Translations under genes and position numbers: made by a program
The notes under the pieces: generated by a model
The model's input: the letters and a program-made list of their open reading frames with translations, nothing else
Told to the model about the DNA's origin: nothing
The model's database searches: none
Shown: in pieces, positions 38,520-50,335 of the stretch
How the letters are laid out: each line of letters starts with the position of its first letter
Position numbering within the stretch: position 1 is the stretch's first letter
Origin: Lophium mytilinum
Lineage: Eukaryota
Assembly (NCBI GenBank): GCA_010093605.1
Contig: MU004190.1
Coordinates: forward strand, 682,001 to 746,000
Reading direction: 5' to 3'
Length of the DNA: 64,000 bases

Positions 38520-39059
38520 ATGCTCCGCTCAATGGCCGCCATGGCTTCCGGCCTCTTCACCCTTCTCTCCCTCGCCAGCGCCCTCCCAACCATCTTCGAT
38601 GCCCCCGTCTCGCTCACTATCCGCCCCGGTACCTCCGCTGACACCTGCAAAATCCTCATCTGCAGCGACCCAAACTCTAGCGGGCAATGCGTCGACATCA
38701 CAGGCCCAGCCGCAGACTGCATCTCCATCGCCTCTGACATCGGACCCCAATAGTGTGTTTACCTCACCTCATCTCATTCTCTGAAAGCAAGTAGCTAACA
38801 CCAATCTGCAGCTCCAGTTCTGCTTCTACCTTCGTGATCGAAGATGGATGCATTTGCACTCTCACCGAGTACGTACTATTCATGTTCTTCATCTCCGATT
38901 TCCGAAGCGTGGTTGGGCTGACACAGTTTTGTTCGTAGTAATGCCTCCTGCTACCAAAATGGGGCGGCCAGGTCGATTAATCTCTCCGGAAGCGGCTCGA
39001 CGAACCTGAATGATGAAGGCTTCGACAACCTGCTGCAGAGTTACATTTGCTTTCGTTAG
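38520..39059 (+). CDS. Small secreted Cys-rich protein (136 aa, 8 Cys), possibly beta/gamma-crystallin-like
   Basis: Exons 38520-38752, 38812-38868 and 38939-39059 splice in frame with GT/AG and branch sites; hydrophobic signal peptide ..LFTLLSLASA; ends GFDNLLQSYICFR*. Confidence 0.8.
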
Positions 39060-39236
39060 GCTATGAGTCTTGGGCCGATGGATACGAACGGGGCGTGGAT
39101 TTGGAAAAGAAGAAGGATGATTATTGGATGGACTACGCTGAGACTCTAGGATCGATCGATTCATACCTTAGGTAGCAGTGAAATGTCTATATGCGTTCCA
39201 AGGATTTATATGTTCGTGTGAAATTGCTGTTCTGGT

Positions 39237-39680
39237 CTGACGCCGTCTGACGTAGCCCGAAGATCAGGCGCGTGTCAAAGTTGCCTTTTTCCGATTCACA
39301 ATAGTATATCAGGGGACCTCAGACGGTGTCAGCCGAGTATCAACAGAGTATGTTTATAGCTGAGATATGTGAAGTCTGATAACATGATCACCTGGATACG
39401 TGATATTGTTCGCCGCTCGGATTTGACGCCTCCTGGCTGGGCTGATTGATCGTAAAGCGGCATCTGTTCTGACGCCATTCTGACGCCGTCTGAGGTGGCT
39501 CGATGAGTTATCAGGTGCGTCAGAGCTGCTCTTTTTTGTTTCATAACAGCATACCAGGGGACCTCGAACAGTACCAGCCGAGCATCCAAAGAGTGGATTT
39601 ATAGCTGAGATATGTGAAGTCTTAAGAAATTGATCACCCGACTACGTGATATTGCTCGCCGCTCTAATTTGATGCCTCTT
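39237..39680 (+). repeat. ~245-bp tandem duplication, each unit starting with the palindromic ~96-bp element
   Basis: Elements at 39237-39332 and 39480-39577 (CTGACGCCGTCTGA..AGGGGACCTC); shared ATAGCTGAGATATGTGAAGTCT at 39356 and 39601. Confidence 0.88.
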
Positions 39681-39810
39681 TGTCGATGCCCTATACAATT
39701 CCTACCCTAAGATCTATGACATTACGTGCGCGACATTCACATCTCCTGAAGCCACTCAAATGCTAGCAAGACCAATAACTGAAAGGCCCTTCACTACCTC
39801 CCACTCAAGG

Positions 39811-40889
39811 TCATCGACAGCGTTTGTTCACGTAGTTCCATTCAAAAGCGTGCAGAACTCCATACAAATGCACAAAAACGCCAAAGACAATAAACAAATG
39901 GAAGATTTGGTGGGAGGCGCCCCAGATGTCGAATTTCTCAGGTTTCCGTGATTCCGGGAAATGGGTCTGCAGGGAATCAGTCAGTCAACCTCTCGCCTAG
40001 TGTTAATGGTATGACCTACTGCATAGAACGCAACCCCGATTATGATGAGCAAGCCTTCTAGGTAATAATATCTCAACCCAGCTTGCTTGTCGAGTTGCTC
40101 ATAGGGAAATATGCTCGCAGCGTGGATAATTGGGGCAAATGCTGAGAATCCAGTGGCCACAAAGGCTAAGAGGCGTACAAATCTCCACTTCTTGCCCTGT
40201 AGACGTGGATTTACTCCGGCGAAGCCAGTCACGAAGCATAGAGTGCCAATCTGGAACAGGGTAAATCAGTGATGCTACATCGAACGCGTACTAAGGCAGG
40301 GAATGAAATTATACAAACTGATGACTTGAAGGAACGACAGTACACCTACCATAGACCAATATATTTTCTGCAAATTTGGCTCGCAATAGAAGCCGACGTA
40401 TATGCCCGAGATGAAAGATCCCAGTATTTGAAAGACGATGGTAACATAATCCAAACGACTCCAAAGCTCGCAAATACGAGCAGAGTGGCACAGCAGCGTG
40501 TGGTACGCCGATGAGATACCGAAGCAGACCACTGAAGTTGTCAAATAAACGTGGAATATGAGCTGATCTTTCCAGGAAGCGTTAGGGAAGTGCGAGGTGA
40601 AATATTGGGCCAGAATGCAGTTGCCCAGCAAAGCTAAGACCGTGGGAACCAGGTGCGAGTAGATGTTCACCGTCTCGTTATGAGGGTACGTTAGGCTTCG
40701 GAAGCAAAGATGTGTAGACGTTGTGACTGGTCGATAACCAGTGCGGATATAAGCATTATGGGCATACCAAGAGGGCACTTGGTCCCTGTTGAGCAGTCGC
40801 CGGGTGGAGCTGTTTTCGCGCAACTTTGGGGCATTATCTCGGGCCGGCTCGCTCTTAGCGGCTGGGGACAGCCTTCTGGGCGATGCCAT
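39811..40889 (-). CDS. PAQR/hemolysin-III family membrane protein (IZH/adiponectin receptor-like)
   Basis: NAYIRTGYRP, HNETVNIYSHL, SSAYHTLLCHS, LDY, FPE..PEKFDIWGASHQIFH. Confidence 0.92.
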
Positions 40890-41081
40890 ATGTAGCAGAC
40901 TCCAGAACTCGAAGAGAGATCTGGGGGAGATAGACCTGGCACAACAATGTCGGAGAAGAGAGCTAGGGAGGAAGTATAGCAGAGAAAGAATCAGACCCGA
41001 AGTCGATGACTGGTTCAGCCTGAGTCCTGACCCTACTACCACCTACCGCCATAGCTCGAATGTGTTGATTCGCCTGGTGTT

Positions 41082-41849
41082 GTGCTGAGGCCACGGGTCT
41101 GGGCACGCCCCAACCTTAGACCAGAGCTGCCCGTTACAATGGTACCTGTCCTTCGAAGAGCTAGTCGTATCGCGGCACGTCCTTACCGACAAACACCCTT
41201 GGACTTTGTCGACGATCTCAAACCTAGCTGGGCGTTAAACGTCCAGACTTTCATGAAGATGCCCGTTGGACCATCCGAGCGGCCCATACAAAGAATCGGC
41301 GATACCTGGCTTCCGTGGTTGACTTGGACGGAGAGGACCTGTCTTTGTTTAGCTACGATGGTATATTCAGCGATTCATTTGAGCGGTTGGAACTTCCACT
41401 TTCCAACCCGCACCGAGCAGATCCTGTGGCGTGTATCGAGCCTCATCTTACTGGGGGCAACATCGGTATTCTGGCTGCTTAAATGTCCAGCGATAATATG
41501 GCGACATCACGGCGGCCAGGAGCTCTTCGTGCGATTCTTCACCAGGAAGAGTAATCCTCCCGCAGTAGAACCCACGACTGCGAAGTCTGACCCCAACACT
41601 GCAGCTTTGCCTAGGCAGGATTCCGCCAAGCTGGACACCGTTGAGTCACAGCAAAAATGTTTGCACGAAACCCCTTTCGAGCCTCGAGAGCTGCCATTGG
41701 TATGGGAATTCTGGGGCATCTTTCCGGTTGCCTTCATATATGCCCTGGCCCGGTTTTACATTGTCGTTGAATCTATTCTAAGCTTAAGGTCTTTGCCTTT
41801 GACGGCATATCTTACGGTGGACGGGTCTTCATTCATTCCCAACATCTGA
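41082..41849 (+). pseudogene. 5'-truncated fragment of an uncharacterised fungal multi-pass membrane protein
   Basis: C-terminal motifs YSAIHLSGWNFHFPTRTEQILWR and YALARFYIVVE..LRSLP..AY.TV; no room for an N-terminal half before the divergent PAQR start at 40889. Confidence 0.55.
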
Positions 41850-41943
41850 ATTACGATCAGGCTCGTCCAAAATATGTAGAGTCGAGGGAAGGCTTCACCT
41901 TAAACGTATTTCCCTACTATTTATGTGCTTCTTTACCCTTGTT

Positions 41944-42038
41944 TGACACTACTTGAGGTCCCCTAATATGTTATTGCGAATCAGAAAAGAGCAACTCTGA
42001 TACACCTGATAGCTCATCGAGCCACCTCAGACAGCGAA
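41944..42038 (-). repeat. Inverted copy of the palindromic ~96-bp element
   Basis: Aligns end to end with the reverse complement of 39480-39577 (GAGGTCCCCT..AAAAGAGCA.CTCTGA..CACCTGATA.CTCATCGAGCCACCTCAGAC). Confidence 0.88.
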
Positions 42039-42241
42039 GATAAGGTAGAAGGCGGAGAGGAGGGCGGAGATAGGAGAATCTAGCTGTAGGAAGTAATGTC
42101 TTAGCTGCGGAGGAGATAGCTGGTCCCTTCAGCAGTGGAATAGAAGGAGGCATTTGAGTGTTGAAGAAAAGGCATGGTGGTATACTTTGATCCCTAGATG
42201 TGCTGCTGGAATCCAATATTAAACCAAAAACCGCTAGTAGT

Positions 42242-44552
42242 CTACAGCTCTAGCTTCTCAGGCGCGATAGGCACCTGAAACCGTTTCCGCCCACTGAACA
42301 CCCAGTCAATTAATCCCCCAAGAATAATCGCTCCCATAATTGGCCCCGCATAATTCATCGTATCGCGTGTGACCGGTAGCGTTGTCGGGAACGGCGTCCA
42401 GATTACAATAAAAACAATATAGCATAGTGCGAAAATATTAAGCGGAATCCCCCACGCCCCTAGCCGGAATGGCCCATAGATTGGTTTATTCTTAGAGAGG
42501 CGTGTAATAAGGAAGAAGAGGATTGGCAGGATATACGAGACGTATAGCCCGAGTGCGACGATTGAGATGAATGCATTGAAGGCTGTGGCGGAGCCGATGT
42601 TGATAAGGGCAAGAAGGAGGGTGCAGATTCCTACGAGGCTGAGCGCGTTGAGTGGCATTTTTAGGCGCGTGTTGACCTAGGATAGCTAAGTGTCAGTTAC
42701 GAAGCATAGACTTTCGGAATTGGGTTCTTAGAATATGCCTATCCCCATGTCATTCGTATCCTCTCGGTGAAGTGAGAAGCCCCCTTCGCATGGTAGTCAA
42801 CACCTTGAACTTAAGAGCGTCGAAGAGTGGACTGCAATATAAACGTCGGGCAGACTCAGGCGCGGATAGCCCACAGCCCAAGTCGCTGGCTCTGACTTGA
42901 TACGCGGAGAATTCATGTTTGAGATAGTGTACCAAGGGGAACTTCTCAGTTGACCGAGAGAGGTTGATTCTGGAGAAAGGATATGTAAGTGGAACGATGA
43001 CCTTACCTTTCCGAAGAAACTCGAGAATGGAAGCCCATTGTCTCTTGAGAAAGCCCAAACGAGACGCGATACCGATGCGAATACATTGAAGAAGGCTATC
43101 AATAAGATGACTGCAAAGACAACGATGAACAAATTTGTAGCGCCTTTGGAGCCGGTTGCCTCGTAGAAGACTTCGATGATAGGGAGACCCGTTGGTGAGC
43201 CGGCAACTTTATCAACATCGCCTATCGTAAAAAGGAGGCAAACTACAAAGGCACACGACATTACGGAGTTCATCACAACGGCGGCAACCATACTACGGGG
43301 AACGCGGATCTTGGGCTGTTGGACTTCGTCGCCTAGAAGTTACGTTAGAGGTAGTGATATTCCGAAGTGGACGCAATTCACCTACTCATATGAAGCACGC
43401 CGTCGAAGCCTAGTAGTTTATTAGCCGTTTGGTCTTACGAAATGCAACGTCGCTCACTCCGAGCGAGAACCATTCCACATTCAAGAATTGGAGGAGAATT
43501 CGATGAGGCGAGCCCGAGCGTAACCAAAATGGTCGCGGATCTTTAACGGAGACTCTGGGATGGTGATGGACGACGTTATGCCGACTTTGGCAACTTACCT
43601 GAGAGTGGAAACGTCACGGTCAACAGTCCTATCCCCCAAGCTACCGCCGGATCCGTCCATCCACTAACGTCATGGGTCAAAGTAGTAAACACATAGTCGG
43701 CAGTGCTCCGCTTTGCGAGTACCGCTAGGATGATGATAGTAATAAAAAAGAAGAGCACGTGCAAAACTGCACCAATGGCCTCCAGAGGATTAAGGAGGCG
43801 CCTGAACCAGAAGTTTGCAATAAACGGGATGATAGTGAAGGCCCACATGACCAGTGTAAGATGCCATCTTTCGGGCACATAATCCGGAAAATTGAAGATG
43901 ACTAACCCTGCGACGACGTTGGACAGAATGGCAGGACTCGAAGTAACTGTGCAAATCCAGGCAAATACAGTGATCCAGCCTTGTAAGGTCCACAGTCAAT
44001 TGCTGTCCAAATATCAATCGGAGAAAGGAAGTGTATACCTTGCATCAGGCCGAAAAACTCGTTCCATTTGGGGGCATATTTGGCACTCCACTGTTCGAAC
44101 TCTCGTTAGCATCCTTGCCGGCCCGGTTTGATTATGCTTACTCTATACTGGGCGCCGACAGCGGGGTCGATTGAGGCTATTTCAGCAAGCGAGAGGACTA
44201 CGATGGTAGTACCAACGCCGGCAAACATACTGCCGTATATGATAGCAGCAGGCCCGCCATTCAAGAGGGCGAACTGAAAGGTGAGTGCTGTCGCTTCCCA
44301 GGAACATTGCAGAATGAAGCCGAAATTGATGGCCGAGATAAAGTTGATGTATCGCTGAGCAAGGTTAGCGAGCTCGGGCTCCAGACTTTGGCATCTTACT
44401 TCCAGAGTGCCACCGTTATGGTGCATACGCTTCTCGTCGCTATTAATGGGCGTGCTAGACATCGTCTCCCGGGCTCTAGCGAGCTCGGGCACCGAATTCT
44501 CGCCATCTGCCCTAGTAATCGCCAGTTCAATATCTCCCTTGACTTGTGCCAT
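42242..44552 (-). CDS. Amino-acid/choline/GABA permease (APC superfamily, Hnm1-like), multi-exon
   Basis: FALLNGGPAA, SLAEIASIDP..GAQY, GFDGVLHM.DEV, SRLVWAFSRDNGLPFS, GPFRLG, MNYAGP. Confidence 0.9.
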
Positions 44553-46095
44553 CGTGCATTCGGAAGGAGCTATATAATTTGATAGCAGGGGAGTAGAGTA
44601 CTGGATCAGTAGTGGGCCGAACAGATAATGGGTATCATCGCCTTTTAAAAGTTTGCTCCAATTCGATAAGCTTGAAAGCGATGTATGGACTGCTCCTCGC
44701 GAGGACCGGGCGTCTCCTATGAATGACTGCGGGGTCCCAGTGGCTTGTTCATCGGTATATGCAGCCTCTTCTGCTTCGAGAGACGCCAGCACCTGGCCAT
44801 TGGACCGTAACCCGTGCGTGGTATCGCGGTACCTACACGCTCCCCTGGAGCCGTGCTGATAACGCCGCTTGTTGCGGGCTATCTTTTGCTAAGTACGCGG
44901 CTCTTTAAATGTCCAGGAGGCTTCTTATGTTTCTCGTAGCTTTCATGCTGCAGATGTATCGGTCGCTTGCCCTGCTGGCGCATCACAGGGCGTAGTCCTA
45001 ACCGAGAAGCTTCCGTTCCCATGAAATATGGAGCCACGTGGCAGCTCAATCTGATGGTGAAGCTTTCGTGGGCTTCGTAGACGTCTGATTGCTGTGAAAC
45101 TTGCTGATCTATGTAGATCCAAAGCCATTTCTAGCCAGGCGTGGGGCTTGCGGGCGGGCGCCATGGGAGTCGGGAGCGGGTGCGACGACGCGCAGTGCCG
45201 CCATTCGCTGCCTACCCCCTCGTCTCGCCCATAGATTACCTACCGAGAAGAAGGTCCCGCTTGGAAACCTCCAGTTGACAATCAATAACTGTTAGCGGCG
45301 AAGACGAGTACAACGAGGAGGAGGAAAGAGTAATCTACGAGAACGAAAAACATGTATTCCATGACGAGAGCGAGGAGAGGGCACGGCTAGCCCTGTAGAA
45401 ATCAGGGCCCCTGTCAAATTTTATTTAAGACGATGATAGGTAAGATCCCTTGTACCCCCAAGAAATACGCGTGTTAGACAGTCTAATAGAAGGAGACCTA
45501 CTGACTATTTACGGCTTTGTTCACTCAAGTCCACTAATGAGGTGTTTTGTGTTGGATTAGAGTATACCAACCTGTTGCATTCACTTCCGTTACCTCGATG
45601 TCCTTGAGGCCTGTACATCATCCATGAGTATACATGCGAGTTAGTGGCCTCATGCGTATACTATCAAGAACGCGTAGAGCCAGATACTACCCATGACGAT
45701 ACTTATCTGTCCGAGTCGTCCCTGTCGACGTGCGGGGATGGCGATGCCTAGCAGCCGGGCTGATGCATCACCAGAATGCTTCCCCGCTCTCGAACGAGCA
45801 CTAAAACTCCTATAACCGACAGTATGATTCGCAATGCTTCGTAAAAAGCCGTCAGCAGTATGCTTTCTTACGTTATCTCTAAGTTCCACATCAGCGCTTT
45901 GCATTCCGAACCGCTTTCCAAGAACCCCGCCCTAAGCGTCACGAAAAGTTGAGTGTGCGGTAATGCAGACCCGTCTCCGCATTCTGCGTAGATCAGTATA
46001 AACCATGCACTTCAGGGTCTATACACACCTGCAGCCACGAAAAGCTATATCTTAGAATCGATTCTACATAATTTTATTTCATCTACCGACCAACC

Positions 46096-47182
46096 ATGTC
46101 ACGCCGTTCCGGTCCCCTTGCACCCGGCATAGCGTTCATCACCGGCGGAGCACGAGGCTTGGGGAACGCTATCGCCGTCTCCTTTGCAAAAGAAGGCTCC
46201 GGAGGCGTTGCTATCGTGGACATCCAGGATGAAGAGACGATGAATGCGGGGAAGAGGAAAGTAGAGGCGTACGGGACAAAAGTACGTTTCAAGCGAGCTT
46301 AGAAGCGTATATAGTTGGCGAACTGACCTGTCTCAGTGCCTAGCTATCCGAGCAGACGTGACGAAGGAGGCGGAAGTGGAGCGAGCCGTCGCGGAAGCGG
46401 TTGCGGAGTTTGGGAGGATCGATTATGCCGCGTGAGATGATCGCAGCTCTCAAGTCTGGACCACTAACTAATGAAGTGCAGGAATTTTGCTGGTATAACG
46501 GGAGGCGCAGCTTCTGTTATTGATGGCAGCATTGAACACTTTCAGAAGGTCCAGGATGTCAACTCGACGGGCGTATTTCTGTGCACAAAACACGAACTGA
46601 GGCAGATGATAAAGCAGTCATCAATTGAGGTGTACGTCGTTCATTGCCGCACCATAAATAAGACGCTGAGTAACATTATTTAGTGAGTCGGGACGAGTCC
46701 CCCAAGTAGGCTCCGTCGTGAACTGCGCGTCAGTCAATTCGATTCAGACGATGGCGGGAAGCACAGCCTATACCGCATCAAAGCACGCTGTTGTCGGAAT
46801 TACTAAAACAGTGAGTCGACAGAGAAAATCTTACCGCGTGCATACATGATTAACGGACTCCAGGCCGCAATAGAGGCCCGTGGACATAATATCAGAGTGA
46901 ACGCAGTCTCGCCCGGGTTCCTCCCAACAGCAATCGTCGCAGGCTTAGCGGATGCCACTAGCGGGCCTGGCAAAGACATGTGGGACGCATTCAATGCCAG
47001 GCAGGGTAGGCCTGGGCAGGTCGAGGAGATTGGAGATGCGGTTGTATTGCTGAGTACCCCGAGGATGAGCTTGGTGAATGGTCATAACCTTGTCGTTGAT
47101 GGGTAAGTCGAAGGCCTTTCTGAGAGGTGATATGCTCGCTAACGAAACAAGGGGTTTTACTATTAACGAGGGATTGGACTAG
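46096..47182 (+). CDS. Short-chain dehydrogenase/reductase, multi-exon
   Basis: FITGGARGLG, VVNCAS, YTASKHAVVG, IRVNAVSPG, LVVDG|GFTINEGLD*. Confidence 0.9.
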
Positions 47183-48046
47183 ATGATATTGCGCTAACAC
47201 TACGTATTGGCTCTTGCGAGGCCTGATACGCTCATAGTAGTCCCAATAATAGGAGCCCTCACGAGACTTCTTGGCATCATGCGAAGGACTCTAAGTGACG
47301 GAGATAAGTGATACTAGCTTGGTATTTACTAGCAACCAGAGATAGATATACAAATGCCTCTAGCGGTTTGCCTTAAGAGAGGAGAAGCAACACATATAGT
47401 ATCATTAGCGGGGCCAGCACTTATCAACGCGGAGCTTATAACCTCCCGACGGGGTGATGAACATCCGGGTACATCACGTGTTCGAGCTTCAGTTTGGCAA
47501 GGATCAACTATCCCTCCAACAAAACTTGTGATGAAGACACGGAGATATCGCTCCTTGGTACACCTATACTCGACATCTATCAGCAGGCTGACAAATATTA
47601 AGCTCGTACGACGTACAGATCGAAATCTTGGAATTTGCAAGCATTATACCCTATTGGCCGAACATCTCGTATTTCGAATTAGCCGAAGCATTTTACCGGT
47701 CAAACCTCCTTCCAACCTCAACTGCTGATCGTTTGCAGCCTCTAGACGCATCTCGTGGTCAGCGGTACAAGTGGTTTCCTTGCTACGATAGCTTTTAATC
47801 CCTGAGAAAGCTGCTTTAAACCAGTTAGCCCTCATGGAGCTCCCATCTCCTACACCCTGGAAACCCACCTGCACACTAACCACTACATGCGTCTGAGGGC
47901 TGTAGGCAGATCGGTTGTCTAACTATATAAACACGAAAACTGCTGCCTACGCCCACATAACCAGGAAAGTCAATATACCTCCTCTTTCAACTACAAACAA
48001 TCATTCTCAGACCTCCCCGGCGCAACCGCGTAAGATCAGCCCAGCC

Positions 48047-48901
48047 ATGGACTTCAACTCTCTCAAAAAAGGCACCACAACCAACGAATCCTGCCCCCTC
48101 CACTTCTGGTCCACCGGCACCGGCCCCCTCCTCCTCTTCATCCCCGGCGGCGCCGGCTACGCCTCCCAATTCTTCCCGCTCCTCACGCACCTCACGCCGC
48201 ACTACACCGCCGCGTCCTTCGACCGGCGCCAGCACCACCTCTCCCAACCCTCCGGCCCCTTCAAGCACTTCAACCCCGTGCAGCAATGCCGCGACATCAT
48301 CGCCATCGCCGCCGCGCTCGGCTTCGCCAAGTTCTCCGTCTTCGGCAACAGCCTCGGCGGCGTGCTGGCGCTGCAGCTAGCCGCCAGCTACCCGGACGTG
48401 CTTGACCGCGTCATCGTGCACGAGGCGCCGACCATGGCGCTGCTGCCGCGGGATGAGATGAACGACGAGATCGACTACTGCTTCCAAGTGCAGGGCATCC
48501 GGGTGACGGAGGGGGTGGAGGCGGCGATGGCGTTTTTCGCGAAAAAGCTGGTGGGGTATGAGGGGTTGGAGGTGGTGGATCCGATTGTGCAGTCTGGGTT
48601 CCGCGTGCAGGATCAGTTGATGTTTCTGGAGTTTGAGTATATCGTGGCTACCATTTATTGTCCGGATATGCTGAAGATTAGGGAGGCTGGGGTGAGGGTG
48701 GCGGTGGCGTCGGGGCTGGGGAGTGGGGAGGCGGCGTATGTGAGGACCGGGGTGGAGCAGGCGAGGATTTTGGGGTGTGAAAGGTTTAGGGTGCCGGGGA
48801 ATCATACGTGGTGGTCTTTTGAGCCGGAGGAGTTTGCGGGGCATGTTTTGAAGATTATGGATAGTTTGAAGGATGGGAAAGGGGAGGTTGAGGGTCAGTG
48901 A
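48047..48901 (+). CDS. Alpha/beta-hydrolase (esterase/acyltransferase-like)
   Basis: GTGPLLLFIPGG, FDRR, VFGNSLGG nucleophile elbow, VHEAP, PGNH catalytic His. Confidence 0.88.
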   Translation: MDFNSLKKGTTTNESCPLHFWSTGTGPLLLFIPGGAGYASQFFPLLTHLTPHYTAASFDRRQHHLSQPSGPFKHFNPVQQCRDIIAIAAALGFAKFSVFGNSLGGVLALQLAASYPDVLDRVIVHEAPTMALLPRDEMNDEIDYCFQVQGIRVTEGVEAAMAFFAKKLVGYEGLEVVDPIVQSGFRVQDQLMFLEFEYIVATIYCPDMLKIREAGVRVAVASGLGSGEAAYVRTGVEQARILGCERFRVPGNHTWWSFEPEEFAGHVLKIMDSLKDGKGEVEGQ

Positions 48902-49315
48902 GCTTTTAAGAAATTTGACAGAGCATTCGCTTTCAGGAGTTTGTTAGAGTTACATTTTTACTTAGGATGAGAAGGCCGCTTGAAATTGACAGCCTAGAAA
49001 GGTTTAAGCAAAGACATTAAATGAAGCAGAGACACCTCGCCATGATTGCTTGAACGAGGCCACGAACTTAGGCCCAAAACTGTGGAAGACTAGGGAAACC
49101 AGCTCACATTCGCGTCCTTTTGGCGCAGCCCAACTGAAAAGGCCCAACCCAAAGAAATTCATGTCGTCGTGATCCCCCGAAAAGGATGACAAGTAGAGCC
49201 TGAAGCATTGCAGAGAGTAAAGAGATAACCAGGAGTGGACGTCTCCTGAAGTGCAACCCGCTGATTGGGCAGAAACCCGGAACCCCGACTCCTGCAGGAT
49301 CCCGCGTCGTATGTC

Positions 49316-50335
49316 TCACTTCTTTCCGACGTGGATGATAATCTTCCCCTTCGCACGACCGGTCCTCAGCTTCTCAAAAGCTTTCCGCGCGTCTTCATAC
49401 TCAAACTTCGAATCGATTACGGCCTTCAACTTCCCATCTCGCATCCACTTGCCCAACTGCAAGAAATCCTCGTAGCTGGGCTTGATACTGAGGAACTCGT
49501 ACTTGCGAGATCCACCGCCGAAGAAGCGGGGGGTCATGAAGTTGCCCATTATGTTTGCTGTCGCTGAAAGGGACGTGTCTGCGCCGACCTGGACGTACTT
49601 GCCCTTCGGTAGCAAGAACGCATTGGACGCCTTGTACAAGCCAGCTGGAGTACCAACGTTATCAATGATAAGTGAGAAGACCTCCCCCTTCTTCTTCAGT
49701 TCTTCGATCAGATCAACTGACTTGTAGTCGATCACCTCATCAGCTCCAATGCTCTTGCACAGCTCCGCATTCGCGCCAGAGCACGAGACTGTCACGTGAC
49801 ATCCGAGAATCTTGCCGATCTGGATTGCAAAAGTGCCAACGCCTCCCGATCCGCCGTTGATGAAGATCTTGTCACCCTCCTTTACGTTTCCCTTGATGGA
49901 TTGGTAGGCGGTTAGGCCAGCGCCGGGAAGCGCAGCCGCATCGTCGACGTCGACTCCAGCCGGGAGAGGAACGCAGCAATCCTTGGGAGCAATGCAGAAT
50001 TGGCCTAGAGTGCCAAATTTGACAGGGCCTCCGGTGTAGCCGAAGACGAGTTCACCGATCTGGAGAGAGTCAATGGCACGGCCGGTTTCTGCGACACGGC
50101 CGCAGAAGTCCATGCCTGGGGATGCCGGTGTGGAGACCATGGCTTTTGCGATAAGGCCGAGTTCTGGGATCTTGTAGTCGGCCGGGTTCAGCGCCATGCT
50201 GATGACTTCGACCATGACTTGCTGGTTGGAGAGGGAGGCCGTGAGAGGTTTGTGGTAGACGGCGGGCTGGTACAGGTTCTTCTCGAGGCCTCCGGCGGCG
50301 CCATCGTAAACCCAGGCTTTCATGTTTTCAGGCAT
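49316..50335 (-). CDS. MDR-family NAD(P)H quinone/enoyl oxidoreductase (RTN4IP1/Yim1-like)
   Basis: ALNPADYK, PGMDFCG, INGGSGGVG, ADEVIDY, GRAKGKII; intronless, 339 aa. Confidence 0.92.
   Translation of the reverse strand: MPENMKAWVYDGAAGGLEKNLYQPAVYHKPLTASLSNQQVMVEVISMALNPADYKIPELGLIAKAMVSTPASPGMDFCGRVAETGRAIDSLQIGELVFGYTGGPVKFGTLGQFCIAPKDCCVPLPAGVDVDDAAALPGAGLTAYQSIKGNVKEGDKIFINGGSGGVGTFAIQIGKILGCHVTVSCSGANAELCKSIGADEVIDYKSVDLIEELKKKGEVFSLIIDNVGTPAGLYKASNAFLLPKGKYVQVGADTSLSATANIMGNFMTPRFFGGGSRKYEFLSIKPSYEDFLQLGKWMRDGKLKAVIDSKFEYEDARKAFEKLRTGRAKGKIIIHVGKK

Noticed and set aside
47329..47883. Two in-frame minus-strand ORFs separated by a single stop
   Set aside because: No recognisable domain or codon bias; a pseudogene call cannot be supported.
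42242..50335. Permease-SDR-hydrolase-MDR as a second metabolic cluster
   Set aside because: Generic families, long spacers, and no regulator or shared targeting signals.
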